DNA of 63,328 nucleotides, the filler included, from Deltaproteobacteria bacterium (GTDB lineage: Bacteria; JAEEML01), in the NCBI GenBank assembly GCA_016283195.1. It is 7 parts of 7 records of this genome, joined end to end, with 100 filler letters (N's around TTAATTAATTAA, not from the genome) between each part and the next. Parts side by side here need not be neighbours in the genome. Positions count along the whole stretch, not along the records: positions 20,796 to 41,192 come from JAEEML010000178.1; 6 more parts are not named here. The stretch is one strand, 5' to 3'. The notes below the pieces were generated by a model. It searched no databases, had not been told where the DNA came from, and worked only from the letters and a program-made list of their open reading frames with translations. Both the position numbers and the translations under genes were made by a program. Below, in pieces: positions 21,741 to 32,480 of the stretch. Numbering within the stretch: the stretch's first letter is position 1; each line of letters starts with the position of its first letter.

Positions 21741-22653
21741 TAACAACCTGCCTTATAACAGTTTTAACCGCTTTCTCACCGACAAATTCGGTAAAAACGT
21801 GCGCCGTCTGCCCCTCGATTTGGGGCGCGGCTGCCCGCATAGGCAAAAAAATCCGCCCGGCTGCCTCTTTTGCTGCGACGAAGCCATAAAGCCCGCTTAT
21901 CTCACAGCGGAAGACAATCTGGCCGCCCAGCTGGCAGAAGGAGCGCGTAAATTCACCGGCTCGCTCTTCATGCCCTACTTGCAAAGCGGCGTAAACACGG
22001 CTGGAGAGCCTGCCGAACTAAAACGCCTTTATGAATTTTGCCTGACTTTTCCCAAAGCGGTGGGGCTAATCATCGCCACCCGCCCGGATTATATCTCGCC
22101 GGAAGTAGTGGAAACACTGGCAGAACTTAATAAAAAAAGCTTTATTATTGTGGAACTCGGTTTGCAAAGTACACACAATGAGACGCTTATAGCCCTAAAT
22201 CGCGGCCATAGTTACGAGGATTTTGTAAAAAGCGCCACTTTGCTAAAAAATGCAGGTATTTATCAGGCCGCTCACCTTATCCTCGGCCTGCCGGGTGAAA
22301 GCCGGGCTATGATGGAGCAAAGTGTGGACCGTTTAGCTGAATTAGGCATAAATGCCATTAAATTTCACCATTTACAAATACTTGCCAATGCTCCGCTGGC
22401 CAGTAGCTGGCAAAATGGGCAAATAGGCCTGCTGAGCGCCGAGGAATACCCGCCGCTGATAGTCGATTTACTAGAGCGCCTGCCTTGGGAAATGCACATT
22501 ATGCGTCTTATTACCAATACCAACGCCAATGCCCGCCTGGCGCCTAACTGGCAGCCAACAAAAGATCAAATGCTTTTGGCCATTCAAAAGGAATTTGCCC
22601 GCCGCGGCACCAGGCAGGGTGTTTGTGCTATAAGTCACAATCTTTTAGCTTGA
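21733..22653 (+). CDS. Radical SAM protein, YhcC/TIGR01212 family
   Basis: CP-x7-C-x2-C motif, TRPD, VELGLQS, NRGH, HLILGLPGE. Confidence 0.9.
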   Translation: MADNNLPYNSFNRFLTDKFGKNVRRLPLDLGRGCPHRQKNPPGCLFCCDEAIKPAYLTAEDNLAAQLAEGARKFTGSLFMPYLQSGVNTAGEPAELKRLYEFCLTFPKAVGLIIATRPDYISPEVVETLAELNKKSFIIVELGLQSTHNETLIALNRGHSYEDFVKSATLLKNAGIYQAAHLILGLPGESRAMMEQSVDRLAELGINAIKFHHLQILANAPLASSWQNGQIGLLSAEEYPPLIVDLLERLPWEMHIMRLITNTNANARLAPNWQPTKDQMLLAIQKEFARRGTRQGVCAISHNLLA

Positions 22654-22723
22654 CTTTTTTGGGCTATTATTAGAAAAGCTAGAGGAACTCGGGTAATTTC
22701 GCCCATAAGTAAGGAGTTTAAAA

Positions 22724-23068
22724 ATGAAGAAAGTTCTCTGTGTAATGTTCGCTGGTTTTATGGCTCTTTCCATTGCTTCCTGCAGCAAATCCGGCGGTGA
22801 AAGATTCTGTGAAAAATATGTCGATTGCTTCTGCGACGGAGTTCCCCTTTGCATGGAAAACACTTTAGAAGATACCTGCAAAAATACTTACAACAAAGAA
22901 GATACTTTCAAAAAATGCGATGGTTGCTACGAAGCCGCTGATGCCTATCTTGGCTGCTGGGCCGATAATCTAACCTGCGAAAACCACTCTCCGGAATTGG
23001 TTAGTTCTCTCGAAAAATGCTCCAAAGAGCTTGAAGAATACAACAAAAAGTGTGAGAAGTGTAACTAA
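22724..23068 (+). CDS. Small Cys-rich lipoprotein 1
   Basis: AAGGAG RBS, lipobox IASC, C-x2-CY-x-A motif. Confidence 0.8.
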   Translation: MKKVLCVMFAGFMALSIASCSKSGGERFCEKYVDCFCDGVPLCMENTLEDTCKNTYNKEDTFKKCDGCYEAADAYLGCWADNLTCENHSPELVSSLEKCSKELEEYNKKCEKCN

Positions 23069-23133
23069 TTGTTATTATTCTATAACATTTCTCTCAACAT
23101 AATCTTCTCTTATAAACCGCAAGGAGTTTAACA

Positions 23134-23511
23134 ATGAAAAAATCTATTTTTGTCTTAGTTGCCGCAGCTCTCGCTCTCTCTACCGCCGCCTGTGAATCAA
23201 CAGCAGAAAAAGCTTGCAAAAAATCTCATGAATGCGCGGTCATGGTTTGCGATAATCTGCCAGCTGCCCAAAACACCTGTAACTCTCTGGCCGATGATAC
23301 TCTCGATACCTGCCTTAAAGCCGCTGAAGATGCCGAAAAGAACCAAAAAGATGATTCAGACTGCCAGGCTTGCTATGATGCCTCCGATGATTACACCAGA
23401 TGCATGATTGACCACACCACTTGTGACAAAGACAAAGGCGTTAGTGTTGATAGCAAAGCCTGCGACAGCAAAGCCGAAAAGATGCGCGATAAATGTCAAA
23501 AAGAGTGCTAA
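23134..23511 (+). CDS. Small Cys-rich lipoprotein 2
   Basis: AAGGAG RBS, lipobox TAAC, CQACYDA. Confidence 0.8.
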   Translation: MKKSIFVLVAAALALSTAACESTAEKACKKSHECAVMVCDNLPAAQNTCNSLADDTLDTCLKAAEDAEKNQKDDSDCQACYDASDDYTRCMIDHTTCDKDKGVSVDSKACDSKAEKMRDKCQKEC

Positions 23512-23636
23512 TACCTAACTTTCTCACTTAACTGCCTTTCCTTCTCCAATACCCTTTGACAAAATCTCAGCTTTTCCGCTAGACTTGGCGAATCGGAGCT
23601 AAGTTGGTTCCGCCACATAAAACAGAGGAGTTATTA

Positions 23637-24086
23637 ATGAGAAAAATTTTCTTGGCGTTTTTGATTGCCGGAGTTGTTTTATCGCTCCCGGCATGCAAAA
23701 AAGAGACTTCCACCGAGAGATTTTGCAATAAAATTTATGATTGCGGCTTGGAATACTGCTCGGTAAAATTTCCCAATGGCGCAATAGTTTGCAATAAAGC
23801 GCATGACAAAATTCGCGATAAATGCCTGGGCCTGGCCGAAAAAATTGAAAAAGCCCGCAATTATACCTCCTGCGACTCCTGCTATGAAGCACAAGAGGTC
23901 TTTGGTTTTTGCCAGGTTGATAATCTAAAGTGCACCGATTCGGTTCTCACCTATCAATATAACTTGGATGCCTGCTCCGATGAGCAAGTTTCTGCCCGCG
24001 AAAAATGCAAAAATCTTGGCTGCCCGGTTGATCTTGAAGCCATTTTCAGTACCGACTTCGGTGACCACGATGATGATGATGATTAA
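23637..24086 (+). CDS. Small Cys-rich lipoprotein 3
   Basis: GAGGAG RBS, lipobox LPAC, CDSCYEA, acidic tail. Confidence 0.8.
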   Translation: MRKIFLAFLIAGVVLSLPACKKETSTERFCNKIYDCGLEYCSVKFPNGAIVCNKAHDKIRDKCLGLAEKIEKARNYTSCDSCYEAQEVFGFCQVDNLKCTDSVLTYQYNLDACSDEQVSAREKCKNLGCPVDLEAIFSTDFGDHDDDDD

Positions 24087-24163
24087 TTTTCAACTTTTAG
24101 CTTAACAGCAATTTGCCTTATACTCCGATAAGTGCTACAACTCAGCGCTGAAGGAGTGGTGCC

Positions 24164-24667
24164 ATGATGATTCATCGCCTAACCGCTATTATTTTTGCTT
24201 TTACTTTCACTGCTTTTGTCAGCGCGGCGGCTGCCCAGGAACAGTCTGCCCCGCCGCCACCGGACGCCGCCATAGCACCGGCCGAAGAACCTGCCCCCCA
24301 GCCGGCACCACCACCGCCAGGGCCGGTTATTTCCCCTGATTTAAAGGAAATTACCTGGATTGGCTTTAAGCAGATGGCCGACCGCTCCCGTGTTTTTGTG
24401 CGCACCAATGAAGCCGCCTCTTATCGCATAACTATGAGCCCGGATAATAAGATGATTTTAACCATCTTTAATGCCGCCATCGTCTCCCCAATTTGGAATC
24501 GTCCGCTTAATACCGAATATTTTGCCGGGCCGGTAGTGGAAATTCGCCCGGAAACACTTGGCGATATTACTCCTTCGGTGCAAGTTATTATTTCTCTGCG
24601 CGGCGAGCTGCCACCTTATGAAGTGCGCCAAGAAGATGCTCTCATCTATATAGATTTTAGCCACTAG
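24164..24667 (+). CDS. AMIN-like domain periplasmic protein
   Basis: Signal peptide, Pro-rich linker, WIGF...SRVFVRT...RPLNTEYF beta-rich domain. Confidence 0.65.
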   Translation: MMIHRLTAIIFAFTFTAFVSAAAAQEQSAPPPPDAAIAPAEEPAPQPAPPPPGPVISPDLKEITWIGFKQMADRSRVFVRTNEAASYRITMSPDNKMILTIFNAAIVSPIWNRPLNTEYFAGPVVEIRPETLGDITPSVQVIISLRGELPPYEVRQEDALIYIDFSH

Positions 24668-24677
24668 GAGCTGCCCT

Positions 24678-27158
24678 TTGCTCCGGGCAAGTAAATTATA
24701 TTGGCTGCTTTTAGCCTCTTTTTTGCTGCTCGGCCGAGCTGCCACAGCAGCGGAAAAGCTGGGCGATAACCTGGCCTCTTTTTGGCCAAGCTGCCCAGAA
24801 GCTAAATTAAAAGCCGAAAATCTAAAATGCGATGAAAAAAGCTGCACCTTCACCGGCAATGTAACCATAACCTGCGAAAACGGCACCATTAAAGCCGATG
24901 AAATTACTTTGGAATTTTCTCAGGAAGGCGAAATCACCTCCAGCACCGTAAAAGGGCCGATTACCACCGTTTTAGGCAGTGCCGTAGCCACTTGTAAGAG
25001 CGCCAAAATAAGCGGCAGCGGCCAGATTGACAGCCTAAAAGGGGCCAAAATAATGGTAAAAAAAGAGCCGGCGCCGGAAGTGCTGCTGACTCTTGGAGAA
25101 AAAGCCGAAACAGCCGGGAAAAATCTGGCGGAAATCGGCGGCGATTTAGAGGAAAATCCCGATGGTTACCTTATTACAGACGCCTATTTTACCATGTGCG
25201 ACTGCGGCACCGATGACCACCCTTCATGGTGGCTCACCGCCAAAAAAGCCAAATTAGTGCTGGACGAAAGAGCGCATCTTTACTCACCTGTCGTGCACAT
25301 CCGCCCTTTTAGCCTCTTTAATATGCCTATTTTTTGGCTGCCATATATTAGCTATCCGCTAAAAGATCGCGCCATTGGCCTCTTACCGCCGCGCATTGAG
25401 AGTATGTTCAGCGGCTGGCCGGCTATTGATTTGCCGGTGTTTTTTCCAATTGGCGAAAGCTACGATATTACTATTATTCCCGGCTATTTTCCCACCCGCG
25501 GCCCCAGAGGCGGCCTGGAATTTCGTTACGCGCCGGTAGAAGGAACTTATGGTGAACTGACTTTTCAATATACCGCTCACATCCACTCTCCGGAGCTGCT
25601 TTTTGCTACCGGCAGCCGGGGCCGGGTAAACGAAGATAACCTTGACCCGCGACGCGAAGGGCTTATACACCGCCTGGATTTTAACTGGCACCATAAAAGC
25701 CTCATCAAAAATGAGCTTAGTTTACGTTTTGATATACATGTTGTTGGCGACAGGCTCTATCTCTATGACTTCTCCCCGGCTCTGCGCAGTAGTCGCTATG
25801 TGCCCAGCCGCCTTAGCATTTTGTGGCAGAGCAAAAGCCCCTTTAGCGTGGAAATTTCCGGCGATTTTTACGAGGATTTACACCCGGGCTGGCCGCTCAT
25901 GGAAGAAGCCGATATGTTAAGCTGCCGCGAAAACTGGCGCGAGGAATGTTCTGTATATTACCATTGGCGGGATATAAGTCGCATGGTGCAACGCTTGCCG
26001 GCCCTCCGCCTCTCTTTGGCGCCCACTTCTCTCGGTAATTTGCCCCTTTGGGCAAAAGGCGAATTTTTTACCAATATTTATGCCCCCTGGAATAATTACG
26101 GCGGCGAGCTATTCGGCCTTTTGGGGGGAGTAGCCGAAGTCGGCGGTACACTTTTGCCTTTTAACGTGCCGTTAAACCTTAGCGCCGCTTATCATTATAC
26201 CGAACTTTTTGACGGCCAAAGAGGCGCCTCTTATATCCACTTTCCGCGCTTTTTGGTGGAGAGCGAAAGTCATCTCGGGCGTCTTTTTAGCTACACCGAC
26301 AAAAAGCTAACTCATAGAATCATCTTAAAAGCCGAATATTTGCTGGTGCCCGTTGTTTTTAGCGAGGAGCTCCTCACCCCCCACTGGGAAGCCACACGCC
26401 CCGCCGCTGATACTTTACCGAAAACAAGGGAAGTTCTGGCTAAAGCCGCCATATTCAGCGATGAACATTTGCAAATAAGGCCCTTGCATCAAATTCGCTT
26501 AACCGCCGGTACCACTTTAAAACTGCGCCCGCTGGGCCTTACCTTTGCCCTAAAAATTACTCAGGGATTTAATCTTGGCGGCATTAATGAAGCCGAAGCT
26601 GCCGGACTCGGGCAACTGGGGGTTAAAACTTCCATAGCTCTGTCGCGCTGGTTTGAGGCTAATTGCCGCCTTTCTCTGGCCTGGCAAAAAGAAAAACCTT
26701 TGAGAGAACTTAGCGTAGATGGCAAATTCTACTTTTGGCGCAAAAGCTATATCTCAGCCGGCTATTATCGCCTGCGCGGCGGGAGCAACGATCTCTTGTC
26801 GTCTATTTATGAGCTCCTCCCCGGCGGCGGCCTCCCGGCGCTCTTTGAGCTTGGAGAAGACCACTACCTGAATGCTGCCATAAATTTGGAAATAAAAAAC
26901 TGGACCATCCGCTATGGACTTAGAGCCATATTTAACCTTGATATGCTAAGTGCTGAAGAAAACCGCGCCCGCTATCGCAATGATCTTGATCGCCACTATC
27001 TCACTCTGGGCTACCGCTCAAGCTGCGATTGCTGGGGTGTGAGCCTGGCTCTCATCTTGCCACATCAGCTTTTAAAAGGTCACACCAATGCCCAGTTTTC
27101 ACCATCATTCAATATTGTGCTTGATTTAGCCGGGCTGGCCTTGGGATTAAAACAATAG
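24678..27158 (+). CDS. LPS-assembly protein LptD-like outer membrane protein
   Basis: N-terminal jelly-roll-like region, FTMCDC..PSW, C-terminal YRSSCDCWG. Confidence 0.75.
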   Translation: MLRASKLYWLLLASFLLLGRAATAAEKLGDNLASFWPSCPEAKLKAENLKCDEKSCTFTGNVTITCENGTIKADEITLEFSQEGEITSSTVKGPITTVLGSAVATCKSAKISGSGQIDSLKGAKIMVKKEPAPEVLLTLGEKAETAGKNLAEIGGDLEENPDGYLITDAYFTMCDCGTDDHPSWWLTAKKAKLVLDERAHLYSPVVHIRPFSLFNMPIFWLPYISYPLKDRAIGLLPPRIESMFSGWPAIDLPVFFPIGESYDITIIPGYFPTRGPRGGLEFRYAPVEGTYGELTFQYTAHIHSPELLFATGSRGRVNEDNLDPRREGLIHRLDFNWHHKSLIKNELSLRFDIHVVGDRLYLYDFSPALRSSRYVPSRLSILWQSKSPFSVEISGDFYEDLHPGWPLMEEADMLSCRENWREECSVYYHWRDISRMVQRLPALRLSLAPTSLGNLPLWAKGEFFTNIYAPWNNYGGELFGLLGGVAEVGGTLLPFNVPLNLSAAYHYTELFDGQRGASYIHFPRFLVESESHLGRLFSYTDKKLTHRIILKAEYLLVPVVFSEELLTPHWEATRPAADTLPKTREVLAKAAIFSDEHLQIRPLHQIRLTAGTTLKLRPLGLTFALKITQGFNLGGINEAEAAGLGQLGVKTSIALSRWFEANCRLSLAWQKEKPLRELSVDGKFYFWRKSYISAGYYRLRGGSNDLLSSIYELLPGGGLPALFELGEDHYLNAAINLEIKNWTIRYGLRAIFNLDMLSAEENRARYRNDLDRHYLTLGYRSSCDCWGVSLALILPHQLLKGHTNAQFSPSFNIVLDLAGLALGLKQ

Positions 27159-27196
27159 AAATAACTAGCAGAATAGTTAATTAGGTTTAGTGGCTA

Positions 27197-30100
27197 TTAC
27201 GAAGCGGAGCTCTCTTCCATAACAAAGGCTTCCAAAACATCGCCTAAGTGGATATCCTGGTAATTTTCAATACCGATACCGCACTCGTGGCCACTTTGGA
27301 CTTCGCGCACATCATCTTTAAGGTGGCGGAGCGAAGCTATCTTGCCTTCAAAGACCACTATATTATCGCGCAGGAGACGCACTTCAGCCGTTCTGGTAAC
27401 TTTGCCGCTAATAACCTTGCAACCGGCAATAGTGCCAACTTTAGGCACCTTGAAAGTCTGGAGCACTTGAGCGCGGCCCAAAACTTTTTCGCTGATAACC
27501 GGCCTGAGCATACCGTTCATAGCCGCTTGAATATCATCAAGGACATCATAAATAACGCGGTATGTCTTCACATCAACATGCTCTGTTTCCGCAAGAGCAG
27601 CGGCTTTGGCATCCGGGCGCACATTGAAGCCCACAATGATGGCTTTGGAAGCAGCAGCCAAAATAACATCACTCTCGGTAATGGCACCGACGCCAGCGTG
27701 GATAACTTTTACCTCCACCTCATCATTAGCTTGGCTACCGATAGTCTCTTTGAGGGCTTCCATAGAGCCCTGAACATCGGCTTTAACCACCACCTTGAGC
27801 TCTTTCTTGCCCTCCTGGCCCATCTTGGCCAAAAGCTCCTCAAGAGAAGCCGAGCCGCTACTCTTATTGGCATCTTTGGCTTTATTGATGCGCATTTCGG
27901 CCAGCTCTTTGGCTTTATCAAGACTTTCCACGGCATTGACACTGTCACCGGGAGTGGGCACAGCATTAAGGCCTTGAATTTCCACAGGAACTGCCGGACC
28001 AGCCTCTTTCAGCCTGCTGCCGCGGGCATCTACTAAAGCACGCACTTTGCCATAAGCCGAACCGGCGATAACATAATCACCGATTTTTAAAGTACCGTCT
28101 TGCACCAAAACAGTGGCTACCGGGCCACGCCCCTTATCGAGCTGGGCTTCAATAACCACACCGGAAGCAGCTTTATGGGGATTAGCAGTGAGCTCCAACA
28201 TCTCGGCTTGCAAGAGAATGCTCTCCAAAAGCTCGGAAACGCCTTCGCCTTTAACAGCAGCAGTTTTGACAAAGATAGTCTCACCGCCCCACTCTTCGGC
28301 CACCAGACCATATTCGGTTAGAGCTTGCATAACCCGCTCAGGATTGGCACCGGGGAGGTCACATTTATTAACAGCCACAATAATTGGCACTTTGGCCGCC
28401 TGAGCATGGTTTATAGCCTCAATAGTTTGCGGCATCACGCCATCATCGGCCGCCACAACAAGGACTACAATATCGGTGACTTGAGCGCCGCGCGCCCGCA
28501 TAGCCGTAAAGGCAGCGTGTCCCGGAGTATCAATAAAAGTGACTGTACCGCTGGGAGTGGCAACAGAATAAGCACCAATATGTTGGGTAATACCGCCATG
28601 CTCATGTTTGGCCACATCAGAAGCTCTAATGGCATCGAGCAGAGAGGTTTTACCATGATCGACATGGCCCATAACGGTAACCACCGGCGGCCGCTCTTCC
28701 AGATCTTCCGGTTTATCCTCAGAAATATCTAGCAGCTCTTCTTCCGTGGTAGAAACATTCTCCACCCGGTAGCTATATTCATCAGCTACCAGCTGAGCTG
28801 TTTCCAAGTCGATGTAATCATTGGTTGTTACCATCATACCAAGGCCCATGAGCTGTTTGATAATGGCCGCGGCCTTAATACCAAGGCGTTGGGCTAAATC
28901 AGCTACGGTGATACGATCTTCTATTTTTATCACCCGCTTACTCTCCTTGACCTCGGTAATCTGTGTATGAGCCACCGGCCCTTTATGCACTTTTTTCTTT
29001 CTCAGGCGACTGGTTGCTGGCACCCGTTCGCGCATTTCCATAAGATCGCGCTTAGTAAACTGCTGACGTCTTCCGCCGCGCCCCATGCCGTCTTGGTCAA
29101 AATTATCGTGATCATAATCGTTGGCCCGCCGGCGCTCGCGCATATTAACTTCAGTAACCTGGCTTAAAGCCATAGAAACCTTAGCCATTTCATCAAGAGA
29201 CATAGTGGGAACAGAGGATTGAGAATTATATCCGCGTCTCTCACCGCCTTGATAACCGCCGCCTTGCCCCGGCCGCCGCTCACCATTATTTTGATAACCT
29301 GGCCGGCCGCCACCTTGTGGGCCATTACTGCCTGGCCGCTGGCCGCCACGCGGTCCGCCGCGATTGGCCTGCATACGCTCAATAAGCTTTTCGCGGTCAA
29401 TAACGCGAATAACCCTGGAACCCGGCAATTGAGCCGGTGCCGATGCCGGAGCTGTCTGAGTAGCTGATGCTGCCTGGTTGATAACCGGAGCTGCAGGGGG
29501 AACAGATGCAACAGGGGCAACAGGCGCAGTAGTGGCAGTGGGCACAGAAGAAGCCGTCTTCACCACCGGCACAGGCTGCTTAACAAAAACATCATTATTT
29601 TTAGGCTCTTTTTTCTCGCTTGTCTCAGCATTTACTGCCACATGAGCAGGCTTTTCCGGCTCTTCAGGTAGCGCCGACTTAACAATAACTGGAGCCGGTT
29701 TATCAGCATCACCATCGGATTCTGCCGCCACTTTATTATCACCGACCGGCGTTTCAACATCATGAGCAGTGTTTACAACATTTTTTGCCAAATTCTTACC
29801 CTCGAGAGGCACCTCCGATTTAGCAGTAACAGGCGCAATATTATCTTTGCCTACCACCGCTTGCCCCTCTTCTTCCGCTTTGCCGGCCGCTTTGATTATA
29901 TCGACATCGGCGTTATTAATATTTTCCGCTTTTTCTTCCGCTTTAACAACAGGCTCTTTATCTTTTGCCGGTTTCACTGCGGCTTTTTTAATAATCATAA
30001 AGCCTTTACGCTGTTTAGGCTTATCATCGCTATTTTCTTCTGGAGTTTCCGGCTTATCTGCGGCATCGTCAACATTCTTCTCAGCCGCTTTGGCAGCACC

Positions 30101-30244
30101 TTTTAGCAGATTTCGCGCTTCGTCTTCATCTACGGTAACAAGGCGGGACTTAATCTCCAGGCCCGCTTCACGTAGCTTAGCTACTAGCTCATCACTACTT
30201 ATACCCATTTCTTTTGCAATTTCATACACACGGCGCTTTGCCAT
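27197..30244 (-). CDS. infB: Translation initiation factor IF-2
   Basis: RVYEIAKE N-terminus, RPPVVTVMGHVDHGKTSLLD, DTPGH, KADVQGS, ECGI. Confidence 0.98.
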   Translation of the reverse strand: MAKRRVYEIAKEMGISSDELVAKLREAGLEIKSRLVTVDEDEARNLLKGAAKAAEKNVDDAADKPETPEENSDDKPKQRKGFMIIKKAAVKPAKDKEPVVKAEEKAENINNADVDIIKAAGKAEEEGQAVVGKDNIAPVTAKSEVPLEGKNLAKNVVNTAHDVETPVGDNKVAAESDGDADKPAPVIVKSALPEEPEKPAHVAVNAETSEKKEPKNNDVFVKQPVPVVKTASSVPTATTAPVAPVASVPPAAPVINQAASATQTAPASAPAQLPGSRVIRVIDREKLIERMQANRGGPRGGQRPGSNGPQGGGRPGYQNNGERRPGQGGGYQGGERRGYNSQSSVPTMSLDEMAKVSMALSQVTEVNMRERRRANDYDHDNFDQDGMGRGGRRQQFTKRDLMEMRERVPATSRLRKKKVHKGPVAHTQITEVKESKRVIKIEDRITVADLAQRLGIKAAAIIKQLMGLGMMVTTNDYIDLETAQLVADEYSYRVENVSTTEEELLDISEDKPEDLEERPPVVTVMGHVDHGKTSLLDAIRASDVAKHEHGGITQHIGAYSVATPSGTVTFIDTPGHAAFTAMRARGAQVTDIVVLVVAADDGVMPQTIEAINHAQAAKVPIIVAVNKCDLPGANPERVMQALTEYGLVAEEWGGETIFVKTAAVKGEGVSELLESILLQAEMLELTANPHKAASGVVIEAQLDKGRGPVATVLVQDGTLKIGDYVIAGSAYGKVRALVDARGSRLKEAGPAVPVEIQGLNAVPTPGDSVNAVESLDKAKELAEMRINKAKDANKSSGSASLEELLAKMGQEGKKELKVVVKADVQGSMEALKETIGSQANDEVEVKVIHAGVGAITESDVILAAASKAIIVGFNVRPDAKAAALAETEHVDVKTYRVIYDVLDDIQAAMNGMLRPVISEKVLGRAQVLQTFKVPKVGTIAGCKVISGKVTRTAEVRLLRDNIVVFEGKIASLRHLKDDVREVQSGHECGIGIENYQDIHLGDVLEAFVMEESSAS

Positions 30245-30300
30245 AAACCTAGTCTCCCACTAAATCTAGCTGTCTGCTTAAACCAGCACGACAGCTATTA

Positions 30301-30723
30301 TCAGTTTCTGTCAGACACAGACAACTCATTTTTAAGAGTTGCCAATATTTTCATAGTACTGTTAAAACTTAAAGCAGCCTTAGCGGTACTATCTAAATTA
30401 TTATTTTGCAAATCCTGCCGCCGTTTTTCCACATAAGCGGCTAATACTGCTTCCAGTTCAGCTAAAAAAGCACTCAGCGACTCGCCGGCGGCTAACTTAC
30501 CTTTTAAGCTATTTAGGCATTTTTTATTAGGACATATATACAAAGAACGCCCGGTAATATGGCCTCTCGGCGGTTGCCAAGCCCAACTACTATCGCTATG
30601 GATAAAGCGCAACATATCGCCGGCACTTTTGCGCTCGCGGCAAGCGGCACAGCGCCGCACCGGCCTTGGCAAAAAAGCACTTTTGGGCTCTTTTGGCGCT
30701 TTGGCAATAGCAGCTTTAACCAT
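30301..30723 (-). CDS. YlxR/DUF448 family protein
   Basis: PVRRCAACR and GRSLYIC motifs; located between nusA and infB. Confidence 0.85.
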   Translation of the reverse strand: MVKAAIAKAPKEPKSAFLPRPVRRCAACRERKSAGDMLRFIHSDSSWAWQPPRGHITGRSLYICPNKKCLNSLKGKLAAGESLSAFLAELEAVLAAYVEKRRQDLQNNNLDSTAKAALSFNSTMKILATLKNELSVSDRN

Positions 30724-30728
30724 TAAAT

Positions 30729-32474
30729 TTATTCTCCATCAGTAGCAGCTGCAGTCTCATCGGCAACCGCCTCTTCATCTAAGCCGGGTATGCGCATTTT
30801 GCCGTCCACAAAAGTAATACCGGCTTCTTCCACATCTTTAGCCAAATTGGCTTCTTCCTCTAAAAGTTGCTGAGCCGCAAATTTAAATTGCTTGGCTTTA
30901 CGAATACCAATATTGGCAATAAGAGCCAGCGCTTCCAAATCGTTAGCCTCGGCCAGTTGATCTACGCGTTCATAGCCTTCCTTGGCTAATTCATCGGCAA
31001 TACGATCACCAATACCGCGAATCATCATAATTTTTTCGCGTTCGCTCATGCGGCGATATTCTTGAAGGCGACGACCAATTTTAATATGTTCTTCAAGACG
31101 CTTGGCATCCTCTTTGGCTTTTTCTTCCTGCACGCGCTCTTTTTCGGCAACTTCACCGGCAAGTTCCAAAATAGAATGAATAGTGTCTGGATTCATGCCG
31201 GGAATTTCCACCAGCATAGAGGGGCTACAAGCGGCCAAATCACCGGCTGAGCGAATACCGTGGTTGTATAGAGTTTGAATCATAAAGTCGTTGAGACCGG
31301 TAATCTGGCTCAAACTGGCCCAAGCGCGGTCGCGAATTTCTCTAATTTTGGCCTCGGAATAAACATCCAGCTTCCAGCCGGTGAGCTGAGCAGCCAGGCG
31401 CACATTCTGCCCTTTGCGGCCAATAGCCAGAGAGAGCTGATCATCGGGAACGATAATTTCCATAGCGTGGCGGGCTTCGTCGATAAGCACTCTGGTTACC
31501 TCAGCCGGAGCCAAGGAGTTACAAACAAAGGTGGCAATATTGTCGGACCAGGTGACAATATCAATCTTTTCGCCGCGCAGTTCATTAACCACGGACTGCA
31601 CGCGAGCACCCTTCATACCAACACAGGCGCCAACCGGGTCAACATCGCGATCGTAGCTACTAACGGCGATTTTAGAACGCAGGCCCGGCTCGCGGGAAAC
31701 GCTCTCAATGCGCACAATACCGTCGGCAATTTCGGGAACTTCCATTTCAAAAAGTTTAACAACGAGCTCGGGAGTGGCTCTGGAGAGAATTATCTGATGG
31801 CCGCGCCCGGCGGGGAGGACATCAAGAACATAAGCCTGAATGCGGTCACCGGCGCGGTAGCTCTCACGCGGGCATTGCTCTTTAACCGGCAAAACGGCTT
31901 CGGTACGGCCCAGGTCAACAATAATATTGCCGCGTTCAAAACGGCGGATAATACCGTTAATCATCTCGCCTTTACGATCTTTATATTCGGTATAGATCAT
32001 ATCGCGTTCGGCATCGCGCCAGCCCTGAGTGAGCACCTGCTTAGCGGCCTGAGCGGCAATGCGGCCAAAGCTGCGATTATAGGTTTTGATGTGCAAAATA
32101 TCGCCATAAGCTTCATCTTGCTCTTTAGCCAGCTCTTTATCAGCATCCAGATAATACATCTGGAAAACCATTTCATCGCCGGGCTCAACATCAATACCGT
32201 TAGCTTCGCACTCGGCCTGGGTAATCTCGTTATCAGGATCTTCGATATGGTCCACAACTGTAATAGTTTGGGTAATATCTACCGAGCCCTTTTCGGGATT
32301 ATATTTGGCCTCCAAATTACGATGTTCGCCAAAAGTTTTGTGGGCAGCCGCTAAAATAGCGTTTTCCACCGAGGAGAGCAGCACGTCTTTGCTTATACCC
32401 TTTTCTTTGGCAATCATTTCGATAACGGTATTCAGTGATTCTTCCATACCCAGCATTTCCTCCAGCCCAAGCAT
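30729..32474 (-). CDS. nusA: Transcription termination/antitermination factor NusA with C-terminal HhH-like extension
   Basis: FGRIAAQAAKQ, DPVGACVG, LSLAIGRKGQNVRLA. Confidence 0.97.
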   Translation of the reverse strand: MLGLEEMLGMEESLNTVIEMIAKEKGISKDVLLSSVENAILAAAHKTFGEHRNLEAKYNPEKGSVDITQTITVVDHIEDPDNEITQAECEANGIDVEPGDEMVFQMYYLDADKELAKEQDEAYGDILHIKTYNRSFGRIAAQAAKQVLTQGWRDAERDMIYTEYKDRKGEMINGIIRRFERGNIIVDLGRTEAVLPVKEQCPRESYRAGDRIQAYVLDVLPAGRGHQIILSRATPELVVKLFEMEVPEIADGIVRIESVSREPGLRSKIAVSSYDRDVDPVGACVGMKGARVQSVVNELRGEKIDIVTWSDNIATFVCNSLAPAEVTRVLIDEARHAMEIIVPDDQLSLAIGRKGQNVRLAAQLTGWKLDVYSEAKIREIRDRAWASLSQITGLNDFMIQTLYNHGIRSAGDLAACSPSMLVEIPGMNPDTIHSILELAGEVAEKERVQEEKAKEDAKRLEEHIKIGRRLQEYRRMSEREKIMMIRGIGDRIADELAKEGYERVDQLAEANDLEALALIANIGIRKAKQFKFAAQQLLEEEANLAKDVEEAGITFVDGKMRIPGLDEEAVADETAAATDGE

Positions 32475-32480
32475 AAAAGC

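Noticed and set aside
31275-32354. Long antisense ORFs (also 27248-28036, 15633-16286, 33700-34311, 35375-35974)
   Set aside because: Shadow frames opposite well-supported genes, with no recognisable motifs
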